Origin: Puccinia triticina
Taxonomy: Eukaryota
Direction of reading: 5' to 3'
Length of the DNA stretch: 64,000 nucleotides
Assembly: GCA_026914245.1 (NCBI GenBank)
Contig: CP110439.1
Location: 1,984,001 to 2,048,000, forward strand
A program made the position numbers and the translations under genes. Shown here one piece after another: positions 1 to 13,431 of this stretch (positions within the stretch are counted from its first letter, which is position 1; each line of letters begins with the position of its first letter). Below the pieces are notes generated by a model. The model ran no database searches. It saw nothing but the letters and a program-made list of their open reading frames with translations, and had not been told where the DNA came from.

Positions 1-3000
1 CCTTCTAGGGACTTTGATAAGTTCATTGGAGATGCTTAGGTAAGCTCAAGACGAACGCATCAACCCTAATGAGCTTGTCTGTGGCCAAGCCTCACAAGCT
101 GATGAAAGGGTCAGGTTGATCAGGTGAAGATTGTGCTCAATATCAACCTCATCTTCTGAATTTTTACACTGCTGGTATTCTTTGACCAAGAATTATGAGG
201 ACTTACATGGCGGTTGTGGGAGGCCGGAAAAAAGGGTGGAAGTTTGGTGGTCAAATTGACCAACCCCCCTGAGCGCGCTTTGACTGTTCAAAAAGGGACC
301 TCCAGGAAGCTGGCACAAAGGCCGTCAACATCGCGACCCCCCCCCCCCCCCCCGCCCATGTGTATCCAGTCAAACCCCGGGCAAAATTAAGGGTCAATTT
401 ACGGCAAGGACAAATTGCCTTCCAGCCCGCTCCCCCCAAGATTGGTGGTCTTGGTCAGTTTGACCCCTCACGCTGGCAAACCACCGGTCAGTTTGACCCC
501 TCACGCCGGCAAACCACTGGCATTTCACCAACCAAACACCCCTCCCGGAACCCAGATTTGGGCTGGCTCAACCCATATTGGCCCGCTCAGCACTCTCACC
601 ATCCAATTGTTCTCAGGTCACATTCTTCCAGACAGCTCACAGGGCACCCTGACCGAAGTCAGGCAGGCAGATTCAGGCCACCAGGGCCATTTTTTTTATG
701 TTTTTATTGCATTTTTATACTTTTTTTAGGTTGTAATACTTAGTACTATTTTGTGGTGGTTTTTATTTTTTGTTTTGTTCTACTTTTTTTGTTTATTTTT
801 TGCTTTTGTTTTGAAACATAACTAACTAATAATAAATCCGGAAGTTAGAGGATGAGAGCTCAAAATGGTTCCTTTGAAGCAGAAAAGGCAAGGCTGCATT
901 AATTGCCAAGGGTGATCTCCCTTGTGAGAATTGCATTGACCTGTGCATTGGTCTGATTTGGGCCCAGTTCAGACTCCATGGCCCACGCCTCCATATTGGT
1001 TTTGAGAGCGCTGGGGATCTGGACCAACTGTTGGGTTCTCATTTTCCTTCTGCCTCACTTTCCGTGACTGTCTCTATATCACTTCTTATGTCCGCTCTTC
1101 ACTTGTAGTTTCTCTGGTCATACTATCCTGTCTTCTCAGCCAAGTGACATTGATCCTGCCTGTATTTGCCTGCTAGTTTTCCATATGTCTCACTCGTGTG
1201 CGCGCTCTGTTTGTGATAGCTTGTATGTCACCTTTCTCTCCTCCTGAGATTCCAGCAGGTTCCATTCCTTTCTATTCACTTTCTTATCATATTCATTGTG
1301 TCTCAACCACATGTCAGCCCTGTGTATCTAGTCTATTTTAGCCTAGCCTAGCACAGAGCAATAACATCATCGGCTCTTCTCCTCTTCAATCCGCGCCGTA
1401 TCTTGAGCCGCATCCGGTGAGCTCCACATCCTCACTGCCCTCCTTCTCGAGCTTCCCAGCTCTTCTTTGTGCCTCGGCTTTGAGTCTTTGTGTCCTGAAT
1501 CTAAATTCTATCACCAACTCTATCGGAACATCAGCAAACATGATGTTGCCAGGAAATAGCTGGTAGTCTCTGCGGATAATAAGCACCGCATGCCTGACAG
1601 TCAGTCCACAGCCTTTTCAAACATGTCAGCTTGTGAGAGGTCCCTCTGCAATGGAAAGATATCAAACCAGAGACTTACGCTTGAATTTCAAGATATGATT
1701 TTTCCCGCACTGCCTCAAGGTGATTGTTGATGATCCCATTGTGACCTCTTATCTCCAGGCGCCTGGTGCACAAGATGGTGGATTGTAATGATGCACGGCA
1801 TCACAATCTTGGCACCGGACCCAGCTCACGTACCCAAGTCTCCTGCCGGATGTTGAAGAGAAGCTGGGTCAGGGCGCAGATTCAGCTCAGTCCCAAATCG
1901 AAGTGACCGGAGTGAAGACGGGAAGTGGTTGGAGGGTATCATCGACAGGCTTACCAAGCTATGCATGTGCGTTCCTTTGTGCTTCACCATGGCACACAAA
2001 AAAGTCACCAGGCTCGCCATTGATTCGAGGTTGTTGGGGAGACCCGGCAGGAGGTGACAAACTGGTTGATGTGTGCATCAAGGAGCAAGAGCGGGTCACA
2101 GCTGTGCCAGCCTTGGTAAAGCCCGTCAAAGTTGGTCGAGGTGAGATGTCCAAGGACTGAAGTCACCGTGAAAATTTCTGCAGAAAGCTGTGAGGGTGAT
2201 GGAGGTGAGTGGGACTTGGTTGAAAGTAACATGTCCCTCTGGAGTCAGGAGGGGAATTGGTTGAAGATGAAATGTCCCTCTGGAGGGGTGAAGTGGAGGT
2301 GACAAGGGACTTGGTTGGGGTGTTGAGGGTGATGTGTCCCTCCAACGCACTGACTTTTGCAATCTGTGTAGCCCCCCCTTCCACTGGCCGCTGGTGGTTG
2401 TTGGCTTGCTGGCCGTCAAAGCTTCTTGACGGCAAATGGCCGCTATGCCTGCCAGCGGATGTTTGGTTGGGGCATTGTGGAACTCCGTCCGGTGCGGGCC
2501 GGCGGCAGTTAGCTGGAGGGGAATTGGGGGAGAAGAAGTTTTATGCCCTCCGGGGATGGTCGGTATGAGCAATGAGGATCGGTTAAGCAATGAAGTTATG
2601 AGGGGGGGGGGGGGAAGATTTTACAACAGCGTTGAGGGCGCGTCGGCGGTTTGTTGTTTTTCAGGGAAGAAGAGAACCTCGATCAGGGTGGAGACTCTTG
2701 AGATCAATAAGATTCAGTATGGCGCTCTGGAGGGCGCCGGATAATGAGCGATAAGATTCTGATGGATTCCTCATTGGGATCAGCTAGGTTCCATGCCCCC
2801 CCTCATCTGAGTTCGGGGTTGAACTCAGACTCCGGGAGGCGCAGCGTACTGCAGACCTATCATCACGCCCCGCACGCGCACACGCTACAAAACACACAAC
2901 ACAACCAGACAAAACAAACAAGAAACAAAAGAAATAAAGCCAAAACCCTCTCCACTGTCACCATCCAACGCGCGCAGTAAAAAAAAGGAAAAAAAAAAAA

Positions 3001-3705
3001 GTTTTTAAGAAACAAAACACCGCGAGAAAAAGGAAAAGAAATAAAAAGAAAAAATAACAGAAGATTGGGAAGCTCCTGAGACGTCTTGAGGGAGATGCCC
3101 GATGCCCGCCGCGCCTCCAGAGATCTTGATGCCTTGAGGATTTGATCTTGCCGTCCTTCCGCTGTGGAACTACTCAAATGGGAGAATAGAGCTGGGAAGG
3201 GAAATGTATAACTACACTAGTACTAATGTAAGCTATGCCAAGGATGCTGATATAAGAGCTGCCTTCCTGACTAATACTGCTGGGGATGAGTGTAACACTA
3301 AGAAAAAAGAAGAAAGGTGTGGCTTTTCTACTATGATCTTAGACTGACTAATACTATGAGCTGACTACTTGTACCTGTAGGGTATGAGGAGGAGAGGAGG
3401 AGTAGTGGGAAAAAAGATGAAAGGTGGTGTGCAAATGTGAATGATATATGCAGGGGGATATATTTCTGGTATGTGTGAAAGTGTATAAGATGTGTGAAAT
3501 GGCAATTTTATCTAATGGTGTGGTGAAATGTGTACTGATGAAGGTGTATCTAATGGTGTGGTGAAAAGGTCATACAGGGTGTATGGGGTAAAAAGTGCAT
3601 GTGCATCTCTGGGGATACAACATCTAGAGGGGAGTATATATGTGAGGAAATACAACAAGGGAAAATCATGATGAGCACAATGTGACAAGGTCTGAAGATG
3701 AGCAA

Positions 3706-3830
3706 TGATGAAATGTAATGATGAAGTGAAGTAATGATGAGCACTATGTAATGTAATGATGAAGTGAAGTAATGATGAGCACTATGAAATGTAATGATGA
3801 AGTGAAGTAATGATGAGCACTATGTAATGT
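3706..3830. repeat. Tandem repeat, about 3 copies of a ~38-bp unit (GAAATGTAATGATGAAGTGAAGTAATGATGAGCACTAT)
   Basis: Unit read directly three times in tandem. Confidence 0.85.
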
Positions 3831-6800
3831 GTAATATATGTAGCTATGGTGATGATGACTGGAATATGTAATGTAGATGAAATGTAAGAAGCAGGAAAAT
3901 ATCAATGAAACTGTATATGCTAATAACTTCTGATCCAAAGGGAATTTCAGGGTGGTATGAGTGAGTGACTAGGGGTAAAATGAGGTGTAGAATCTGAATC
4001 TGGAATAATAATGATGGATATGTGAAGGATATGTATGATATGAGAATGGTGATATGAGTGGGAACAGGGTTACCACACCGCACGCCACGCCGCAAAATGA
4101 GAGTTGTCCCTGCGTGTACTAAATGGCGCACCACAGCATATTTGCCGGCAACTCAACCGGGCAAGTTAACATAACTTGCCTGAAGTTAAGTCAACTTCAC
4201 CTGAGCTTGAGTGTTGGCGGGAGTTGGTCAGATTGGCGGCAATTTGATAGAGCGGGGGTCAATTTGCCGGGGGCTTCCACCCCCCGTCAATCTGACGGGC
4301 AAAACTTTAAAAAGCCAAACCGCCGTGTACTGCCTGTTGAAGCTTTTAGTGTAGAAATTCTGGTTAAGAATTTTCTTATGTCTCTCTAGAAGGCAATACT
4401 TCTTTCCAGGAATTCCATAGCAGAACATTGTAATCTGATACTTATGGGATTCAAAATTGCATATGTCACTATTTACATAAAATCATAAAACCAATTTTGG
4501 CTGGGAGATGTCAGCGTGCATAAAACTTAAAGTGACATCTGTAAGGACCCCAGTTGGGAGTCCTTTGCTGATCGTCAAGAGGGGCACAAAGGGGAACACA
4601 AGAGCCTCAAGAGGCAGATTCTAGATCACGGGTCTGTATTACCGGGGCATCAAGTGAGGGCTAGCCGGGAGAGATGTGAAGGGCAAGATCTCTACCGGCT
4701 AGAGCGTGGAAGGGAGTGTAGACTAAGTATCAGGCAGATTATCTAATCTAGTGATAGCTATGTGACATCTTTGTGAGACCCCAAAGGAGGGGGCTTACAA
4801 CATCTCCCAGCCAAAATTGCAGTTTATGATTTTATGTAAAAAAATCTTATGCAATTTTGAATACCATAACTGAAGGCCCTCCTTTAAAGGGTTGCAACCT
4901 GCTGGAGAAGTGCACTCAGCGTCGTGTTGGGAGCCAAGTAGCCAAAGCTGATGTTCATTTTTGAGCGGCTCATGAGCGCTTATGCAACAAGATACATATT
5001 TATGTAGACTTGAATGAACCACCATGAACCCCCCCCTTCAAAAGCAGCTACCATGTGAATCAGTCTGCAATCTACTTTCAGCCATTAACACAACTGGGTT
5101 AACTGCTTGGTCAGACCGGCCCGTCCGGCTTTTGGACAGAGAAAGAAAGGCCTTAATGATGTTGAGAAGGCGGTCTATGTGGACACGTAGCATGTATTCT
5201 CTTCAGTTGCCCTCGCACAATCCCAGCTCCTGCTTCCTATGATAAATATGTAGCACGCGCGTACAGCTCTGTTCTTGCATTGGCTGTGAACCTTTCAGGA
5301 GAAGGCTCAGGCCGGTTTGTTGAGCATTTCACCAGTGCCCTTCCGGTTTGGACTCATTCCAATTCCAGTACGCCCTCATCACAAATTCCATGTTTTGGAT
5401 GGACATTGTACATATGTACCATTGCTGACACGACTGACGCCACCAATCAGACACTGCCTTCAGAAAACAAAGACCTAAGCGTACTGCATGCTCCACATCC
5501 AAATCGGCTTCGGAGGTCTTCCATTTTGCCAGTATTTGCACCCTTTTTGCTTGCCTGTTCTTTGCTCCAATATCATCTTGCAGGTCCTGTCTCACTCAGT
5601 TTCCTTTGAATTCCATTTTCAACGCTCCTACTTTCTACCTCCCTGGTTCACAATGGTTCCTCCTTAGCCTCTTCATCACACGTCTGCGTTTAGTTCTGTT
5701 TACTGATGTGGCCACCCTACGTCAGTTTTCTCTACCCTTCTTCTACCTTGTTCCACATAGCGCTAACTCACCGTCATTCATGGGCTATAAATTTATACTA
5801 TAGACGCTAGTGTAAGTCTTTACATGCCATCTCCCTAAAACTTTGCATGCATCAACACCAGCATTCCTTAACATGGAGTTTTCTGAAAGGTGAGACACTC
5901 ACTGATTAGAGAATCCTGCCTACTTTTTTTTATCTGATGACTTCCCAAACCTCATAGCGGTGTGCCTGTGTTAACTGTGTGTGAGCAGTGAAATCCTTGA
6001 CCATCTCACGATTCCAAATCACTGACTAAACAGAACTACACCTGCTCCATTCCTTTGGGTGATTCTTGGGGTCCACTGCAGCACTCTTATGAATACAGCG
6101 ATGGGGTAGAGAGTAATCAAAGCTTTAGCCACCACCATCTGGTGAACGTTGAAAACAACGCCCCTTCCCAACACAACCAGCACTCTCCTCAAACTTGCTC
6201 ACCTAGTCTGTCAATACCTAGAAATGTCAACAACCCTCAATCATTGATTCAATCCCCAAATCCCACAGAAAGTGGTGACCACCCCCCTCATTACCCATTT
6301 CACCCAAGCGTACCTGTGCCGCACTCCCCGTACTTACCAAACTTAACTAAGTCCCAGTCTCCTGTGCGGGCCGTGCAGCGTTTGGCTGGGCGTGCAGCAT
6401 TTGGCTGGTTGCGAAGCGACCCCAACCGGAGGGAGGGACTTACACACAAAAACGCTTTTCTGGCGTGAGCCAGATCCAAGGTTTGGCTGGGAGCGGCCTC
6501 ATTTGCGTCACCACACCTTCAATATTTTGCAGATCCTTTCTACGAAATAGTACATGATACATCTGCATAATGTTGATTTTTCAGTATATTTTTTTGTGCA
6601 AAATCTTGTTTCTTTCTACTGGAAAAAAATTATTGAAGTTTATGATTTCAAATTTTGATTCTTGCGCCTCATATGACACGGACCGAGCGCGGTCACTCTA
6701 CAAGGATACACATGCTTCAAGTGAAGAAAATACCGAGAAGCCCACATCACTCGGTAACTCTGCAAATCCGCATACACTCACCCTCCCCTTCGCCTCCATC

Positions 6801-6849
6801 CGATCATCCAATCAAAATACTCGATCACTCAGCCGGCCGACAAATCACA

Positions 6850-7119
6850 ATGCTCCCGCCCCCTGACCGACCTGCCGACCTGAGGAGCGAGGCATCAAAG
6901 GTATCCTACATCTGCGAAGTGATGAACTCCCTTGGGCTGACCCCGAAGCAATTTTTCCTTGCTTTTGTGAAGCAAGACGAGATTAGCATAGTCAGTAGGC
7001 GGCGATTTTGGTCAAATGAACGCTGGGACTCAACGCAAGAGCTGCTCAAGGCAATTGGAACGATGATCTCCTCCCACGAACCCGGCGAAACTAACTGGAG
7101 TGGTTTCATCCTCGGCCAG
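6850..7119 (+). pseudogene. Exon remnant of a rust-fungal TE-associated gene (resembles the N-terminal region of DUF6589-type proteins), interrupted at its splice donor by a TIR element
   Basis: ORF MLPPP...LTPKQFFLAFV...RRRFWSNERWDSTQELLKAI...WSGFILGQ ends at CAG|GTACG. The family resemblance is from memory; no downstream exons recognised. Confidence 0.4.
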
Positions 7120-7124
7120 GTACG

Positions 7125-7662
7125 CTAGCTTAACTAAGCCTCTTGAACGGAGGGTCCGGGGAACCCCGCCCGGAGGGCTCTCCGCAGGAGAGGCTTATGA
7201 GTTATGTCTTGATTTAAGCAGGAGCAGAAAGGATCTGCTACACTAAAAATCCCAACCAATATAGAAAAACTGAATACACAGAGCTGTAGGTTCTGTTCTT
7301 GCAAGGAATTTGAGCCACTTATCTATCTTGTAGCCAGAAAAACAACTCCTGGAGTCCCAAACAAGTGGAGCCTCATTTGGAAGACTTGTGCATTTTTGAT
7401 CTTTTGAAAAGGTCAACAGATTGAGATAGAAAAAATCTGAGTAGACCAAAATGTAGAGAAAGAAAAGTAGCATAGGGTACAGATAGGGCATATTGGTGGA
7501 GAGGCTGGGGGAGGAGCTATAAAATTTTTAAAAACCTCTCAGCCAAATGAACTTTCTGCTCCCGCGTAAAATTTGGGATAATGCACAAGTCCCTCCCTGC
7601 GGGAGGGGCGGCTTCGCCGCCAGCCACAGCGCTCCCACCAGGGGGGACTTGTGTTAAGTTAG
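7125..7662. mobile_element. Non-autonomous TIR element (MULE-like, 9-bp TSD) with hairpin-containing ends
   Basis: Termini CTAGCTTAACTAAG / CTTGTGTTAAGTTAG; perfect TSD CCAGGTACG at 7116-7124 and 7663-7671. Confidence 0.85.
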
Positions 7663-8431
7663 CCAGGTACGTGTTTTGATAAAAAAACCCAGATATGCTG
7701 AGTTATCAATTAATCACTGATTTCATGTCACCGATTGGAGCGCATCCAACCGATCATCGGCTCCAGAAGGAGGGTTCATCTGTATGTCCGCCATCGTAAT
7801 CGTGAATGATGTGAGGCTGTTGGGCTGTTGTGCTGCTTAGTGTTTTTCCCCGACTTGGACTTCCTCTCCATCTGTATATATACCGTGCCGAGTTGGACTC
7901 ACTGATCTATGTAGCTCTTGTTAATGTTCTCTTAATTTTCTTCAACTCGTTGCCGTTTCATTAATGATATCAATTATCAATATAATGATGTGATGTTCCG
8001 ATATAATTCTGTCGCTTAATTAATTCAAAGAATTCTTTCCAATTTCTTGTTATCGAATTTCAAAAATGAAGGAATGGGAATACAATGGCAAAAAAAATAC
8101 TGAAAAATCCCGAGGATGCCACACAGGCAGAAAAACAACTTAGAAAAAAGAACCATTGAGTTGTGTTGAAGCCAAGAGAGAACATCTGAAAAGTAGCCTC
8201 TATATCACGCCAGGCTCACGCGAGCTTGACGTGCTTGTGCATAAGCCTCTCTGGTGAGACTGGGCTGCCGCCCAGACCCGCTCACCACGAGTGGCTCAGT
8301 CAAGCTCGCATGGACCCAGGTACTCTCGTCCGTGCCTTGGCTCGGGTATCGATAGCTCTCCTCCCCATCTCGAAAGCCGATTTTCTGGCAACAACATTGT
8401 TTGCACTATCATCACATTCATACCTCGTCTG

Positions 8432-10375
8432 ATGATACGCTTTCTTCAATATCTGCTTTCTCCTTGGTCCAGTTGGCTCTCTCTCCCTGAATGTCTTTTT
8501 CGGAGCAACACGTTTGGAGACACGACAGGAGCTGGGAAAATTAGAAGGAAAGGGATGATAAGTTCGATAGCGACCATTTATCTTATCTTCTGCATGTTTA
8601 CTTTCAGCCACAACATTTCGCTCAAGCTGGGACTCCTCAGCCCTACCAACTTGGCCTATCGAGACGCCAAAGGAGAGACGATACCCGCAGGAGCTCGTGG
8701 AGTCACATGGGGGAGCCTATTTTCAATCTTCAGTCCATTCGAAATTAATCCGCAAACAGGGTCGACGGACTTGGGAGATGAGTGGAATCCTCAAGTTGCG
8801 TTGAAACGGAGGTTAAACCACCTGGGTTCCCCTAAAAGCTGTTGAGTTTTAGCTTACATATTACCCCTTGAGGAGATTCGTGTCGTTTATTAATGATGTG
8901 TTTTCCCTCTGGAAAAAAACGTATGCCCCCCAGTCCCCAATTCATCCGCTTCTCTCGCTGCCGGAATTGAGACATCCCTGAGCTCCATGACACACACTGC
9001 AAGATTCAGCAAATTGCACTCGAAATCGGGCGACCGGTTCTCTGAAGAAATCACTCCTCTTTTGTTCCAACGAACGTACAGTTTCCCTGCAGACTCGATC
9101 ACGGCTTGTTTTTATTCAAATCGATTTTGGCTACATACGCTATCTAGTTTCGTGCAAAATTGGGACGGGCCCGTTAGTCTGGTTGTCGAATGTTTTTCAA
9201 CGGACCGACCGGAACTTATCGCAAGGATACAGGAATTAAGGAAAACGGATTCATTGATTAGGCAAAGGGTCGACTTCCACATCGTCCCGACACCAGATGG
9301 TTCTCCGACGCAGAAGCTTAAGAATGCAGAGCGTATGATAGGGGAGCCCATAGCTACTAATGCTCAGCTCAATGTGGCTCGTTTTTTCAGTCGCTCAGAA
9401 CTGGTGTGGCTAGTAGGGGACGCCCGCGTGCTGCCGCCCGTCGGACTTTACGATGTCTTGTCTCAGAAAACCAACCTGCGGACGCGCGTGCTAGATTACG
9501 GAGATGCAATCGTCATTCCAAATTTTGGATTCATCAGAGAAAGACAAGTATATCCAAGCAATTTTTTGTGGGCGAATGAAGAGGCTGACTTAAACCAGAT
9601 GGCGCAACAATACATCAACGAATCCTTATCATCCATCGCGCTCCCTTCAGATGAGTGGCCAAAGACACGCGAAGACTTGCTCAGACTCACTACTCGACCC
9701 AATAGTCTAAAACCAGATAAGTCTGTCCTGGTTATGTACGATCAGGCCTGGAGGCCATCCGAAGGCCCGACTAACTGGACTATGTGGCAAAACTATGACC
9801 CAAAGCTCGATTCCGCAGTCAGCCTCAAAATGGATTCCACCCAGTCTTCAAAAGACGAACTCTCTGGACCTCAAGATCAGATGTATCCCATTGTCAGCTA
9901 TGACTTGAATTACGCACCCAATGTCATCGTATCCAGGGAGGGGCAACCATGGTGTACAGAACGGTTCGAATTCAACAAGGCAGCATGTGTCTATCAAATG
10001 TATCTATCGGGCACTGAGCTATGGGTCATGCCGGAAGCCTGGACATTAACCATTCAACAGATTCCTACCAATGGAAAAGAGTTTGATGAGGACCGGGAGC
10101 TAAAAGTAAGCTTTACCTCGTTATCATCAGATTCAAACGCTTGTATTTAATGACTTTCCTCTCCCTTCCTTGTTCTCACGCGAATTACCATGTAGGAGCT
10201 CATTTCAGCCAGGCTGTATTCGAAATTCCATCAGGAAGCTTGTATGCATTACGGTCGAGAGTTTTCATCATTAGACGCTTGGGGAGATGATCGTTCAAAA
10301 CATGCTAGAGCAGTTTGTCTACACGTGTTGAGCTCTTGGGGCGTTGGAATATCCTCAGGAGATTTGATGGTTTAA
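8432..10375 (+). CDS. Glycosyltransferase family 49 (LARGE/B4GAT1-like), multi-exon
   Basis: N-terminal TM segment; motifs WDGPVSLVV, NAQLNVARFFSRSELVWLVGD, YAPNVIVSREGQPWCTERF, NKAACVYQMYLSG; intron 10107-10195 (GTAAG..TAG) joins last exon ELISARLYSKFHQEACMHYGR...LMV* ending at 10375. Start codon and first intron uncertain. Confidence 0.8.
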
Positions 10376-11348
10376 TTTAATTACAATCGTTTCTCAGTTT
10401 GAAGTGTTACAATCCAGTTTGTGTATAATTTCGTATCAAAACAGCTGTACATTGGTGCTAGTCTTAGTAACTGCTTGATTCCATTTGTGATATCCTTCTT
10501 TTTTAATAGTCAAGCCATCCGATTTTTACGCTTTTCGAGCTCCGGAGTGAATATATGTAGCTTCAAACTATTTGAAGCCAACTTTCAGCTTGAGATAAAT
10601 ATGTAGCTGTTTTCCTTTTTGTCTTCAACCGGCTTCTTCACGTCCCGCCTGGGCAAGTTTCATCAACCCCTCCTTCAGAGCTGGGCGCTTTGCGCCCAGG
10701 ACATGGGACTTAAGCTTATGTACTCTCAGTCGTACCTACTCCTGCTCCATGGGCTCTTAGCCCCTCACCAAGCGGAATGCCGCCCGCAACTAACGCATAT
10801 AGATGTACCCGCATCATGGAGAGAGAGAGAGAGATAAAGCAGTTACCTGAGCAGATCAAAAAAGCAAAACTAGAGAGCAAACAGGAAGGAGTGATATTGA
10901 TTGAAGGAAGAAGTGAAATTATGAAAGTAAGAGGTGATCAATATTAATAGAGTAAGAGGAGAAATTGATCATATTTATGTATATCACATTTTAGACCCCT
11001 TTTTTGGTAGGGAAGACATTTCTTTGGGGCTCCAGATTTTCTGAAGTACGGGTCCCCAATAGGCCACAATTGGGACCTCCATTCGGGCCCACACGGGCTG
11101 AACTCAGGCTTCCATTTCACCCTTTGCCAATAACCGCCGCTCTGTCAGATTTGTTGTACTTGCTGTGATGTGAGCAGTGGATAGATTAATGGTGCATACC
11201 ACTACACAGCGCGTTGATCACCTTCCGGGCTTCAATTCAGGGTCCTGGGGCAGACAGGTTGAAATGAACGTTACATGTAGTGTTCTGAATAAGCTTTACA
11301 TTGGGGTATGCGAATGGCCAATGGACTGAATTCTATCTGGGAACTGTG

Positions 11349-13431
11349 TGATGGAACTCAGACGATGATATCGGGGAAAACTATGATGGTAATGGTGATG
11401 AACTTGCTCGACTGAGCCTCTGGCGGAGGAGACGTAGTCTTCTCCGCAGCAGAGAGCCGCAGCCGAGTAACCCTGTGACCCAAGTCACAACAGCCCCCCC
11501 TCGGCAAGGCTCTAAGAAACCTACCACCAAGAAAAGGCTGTGTCTACATACAAGCTGAGAAAGAGAATAGACTTAAAAAAATTGAAAGATGAAAAAATAG
11601 AAATGAAAAACTAGAAATCTTCATCATAACAATCAAAGCTTCCGCCATCATCAAACTCTTCACAACCAGCCTCATAATTTTCAAACTCAGTGTTACCATA
11701 ATCATTGAAATCTGGATGGTCATTATCTATGTAGTTGTTCTCGGAGTTGTAGCTGTCATTGAAATTGTTGTTTTCAGAGTCATAGTTGTTGTTGACTGAG
11801 GTGGATTGATCAGAGTAGTTGGGATAGTGATGTTCAGATAGTCGGGATGAGGAATGTTGAGGAGATAAGGAAGATTCATGAGAGGCTGGGGAGATATTGT
11901 TGAGGCTGTGAGTGTGCAGGTAGGAATTACGCCAGCGGGTTTCTTGCAGGTGTTGTTCGTTCAGGTGGACATTGTTTGGATGTTGATTGCGCAGATTGAA
12001 AGCGTGCCGGCGGTTATTGTGTCGGCGGGGATCCTGTGGTTGAAAACGCTGATTCCGGTTAAATATCGGCCTCAGAGCTTTGTCTTCAGAGGCGCTGTCA
12101 TCATTGCGCAAATCATTGATTGGAGTCAGACGAAAGGATCTGTAGGGTGTACGTTGTCGAGGTGTTCTTGATAGCAAAACTTCATTTTCGTGGTCAGAGA
12201 ATCGCTCCTTGGGCCGTCTCAAAACAAAGGGAGTCCGAAGCGATGGAACGAACGGACGTCTAGGAGTCATGACGGGGTCCGGCGGCGGCGCAGGTGTTAG
12301 GATCGGTCGAAAGAAAGCGGTATTGTCGGATGAAGCATGTACCGTTTGAGTAGTCAGAATAGAACCAATAACGGAGTTAGATTGGTGGCCATCTTTGCTT
12401 TCGTTGCTGTGAGAATGCGGTGGATCCACTTCAAGCTCGATGGGTGCCGCAGGTGTTGAGATAGGATAACAGCATTCAGGACCTAGTTCAACCTCTAACT
12501 CGGGCTGATCATCCAAATCTGGCTGGTCTTGCAACTCTGATGACAGCTCAGAATCAATCAAAACATCAACATCTCCGGCTATCGAGCTCTCGTCACAGTC
12601 ACTGACAACGCTTGCATCTTGCATCTCCTCCAGCAATCGATGGTCTTCTTTGCGAGGATCATTAACCGTTTGATGCCGATAACTCGATTGCAGACTAAGA
12701 CTCCGCGCAACAGTTTGGGGTTTGAGTGGTCCGTGTCGACCTTGAATACAGACTGGCCGATGACTCGCTGAACACTGCGCCGTGCTTGCATTTGGAGTGC
12801 TATTGAATTTGAAACAATTTGTCGAAGGGACGGACGGTGGGGTCTGACGAGTACTTTGAGACCTCTGAGAATGTGTTTTTGGGTGCCCTTCTTTCCATGT
12901 CCGGGAACGAAGAGTCGGTCGCTTCCAGGATGACTGTTGATGAAAACCACCGTGCAAATTCTGGGGAAATCCAATCTGATTGAATGTCGGAGTGGGCCCG
13001 CAGGGGATTGGAGCTGAGAAATTTCCAAGAACGGCATTCAAGTCCGCCAGGAATAGACGAATTCGACCGTGAGCGCCGTACAGGTGGGGATCCATTCAGA
13101 CGTTGAGAAAATATTTGAAGAGATTGAACGTAGAGGTGAATAATTAAGAGAATTAAAAAAAATCTGGTATGTTGCTTCAGGTTGGGAAAGAGGAGGATCA
13201 AAAGCCGGTATTCTGCGTCGGTATAAATTTTTTCTTCAGCAAATAAACTGGAATAACAGGAGCGAGACACCTTAAGGGCTCATAACCTGATGGAGCTCAG
13301 ACGATGATATCGGGGAAAACTATGATGGTAATGGTGATGAACTTGCTCGACTGAGCCTCTGGCGGAGGAGACGTAGTCTTCTCCGCAGCAGAGAGCCGCA
13401 GCCGAGTAACCCTGTGACCCAAGTCACAACA
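11349..13431 (-). mobile_element. Complete non-autonomous Ty1/copia-type LTR element (TRIM/LARD-like), 2083 bp
   Basis: Two 144-bp TG..CA LTRs (11349-11492, 13288-13431) with one difference seen; TSD CTGTG on both sides; PBS GGTTATGAGCCC (minus strand, 13276-13287, copia-type internal iMet-tRNA PBS); PPT GAGGGGGGGC at 11493-11502. Confidence 0.95.
11611..13095 (-). CDS. 494-aa orphan ORF inside the LTR element; low complexity with an Asn/Asp/Tyr-rich acidic tail
   Basis: Uninterrupted ATG-to-stop ORF in the element's sense orientation; no CCHC knuckle, protease, RT or integrase motifs seen. Confidence 0.6.
   Translation of the reverse strand: MDPHLYGAHGRIRLFLADLNAVLGNFSAPIPCGPTPTFNQIGFPQNLHGGFHQQSSWKRPTLRSRTWKEGHPKTHSQRSQSTRQTPPSVPSTNCFKFNSTPNASTAQCSASHRPVCIQGRHGPLKPQTVARSLSLQSSYRHQTVNDPRKEDHRLLEEMQDASVVSDCDESSIAGDVDVLIDSELSSELQDQPDLDDQPELEVELGPECCYPISTPAAPIELEVDPPHSHSNESKDGHQSNSVIGSILTTQTVHASSDNTAFFRPILTPAPPPDPVMTPRRPFVPSLRTPFVLRRPKERFSDHENEVLLSRTPRQRTPYRSFRLTPINDLRNDDSASEDKALRPIFNRNQRFQPQDPRRHNNRRHAFNLRNQHPNNVHLNEQHLQETRWRNSYLHTHSLNNISPASHESSLSPQHSSSRLSEHHYPNYSDQSTSVNNNYDSENNNFNDSYNSENNYIDNDHPDFNDYGNTEFENYEAGCEEFDDGGSFDCYDEDF

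Noticed and set aside
1029..1599. Solo LTR (TGTTG..GACA), and a similar candidate at ~4540-4767
   Set aside because: LTR-like composition but no matching TSD or partner LTR, so boundaries are unsupported.
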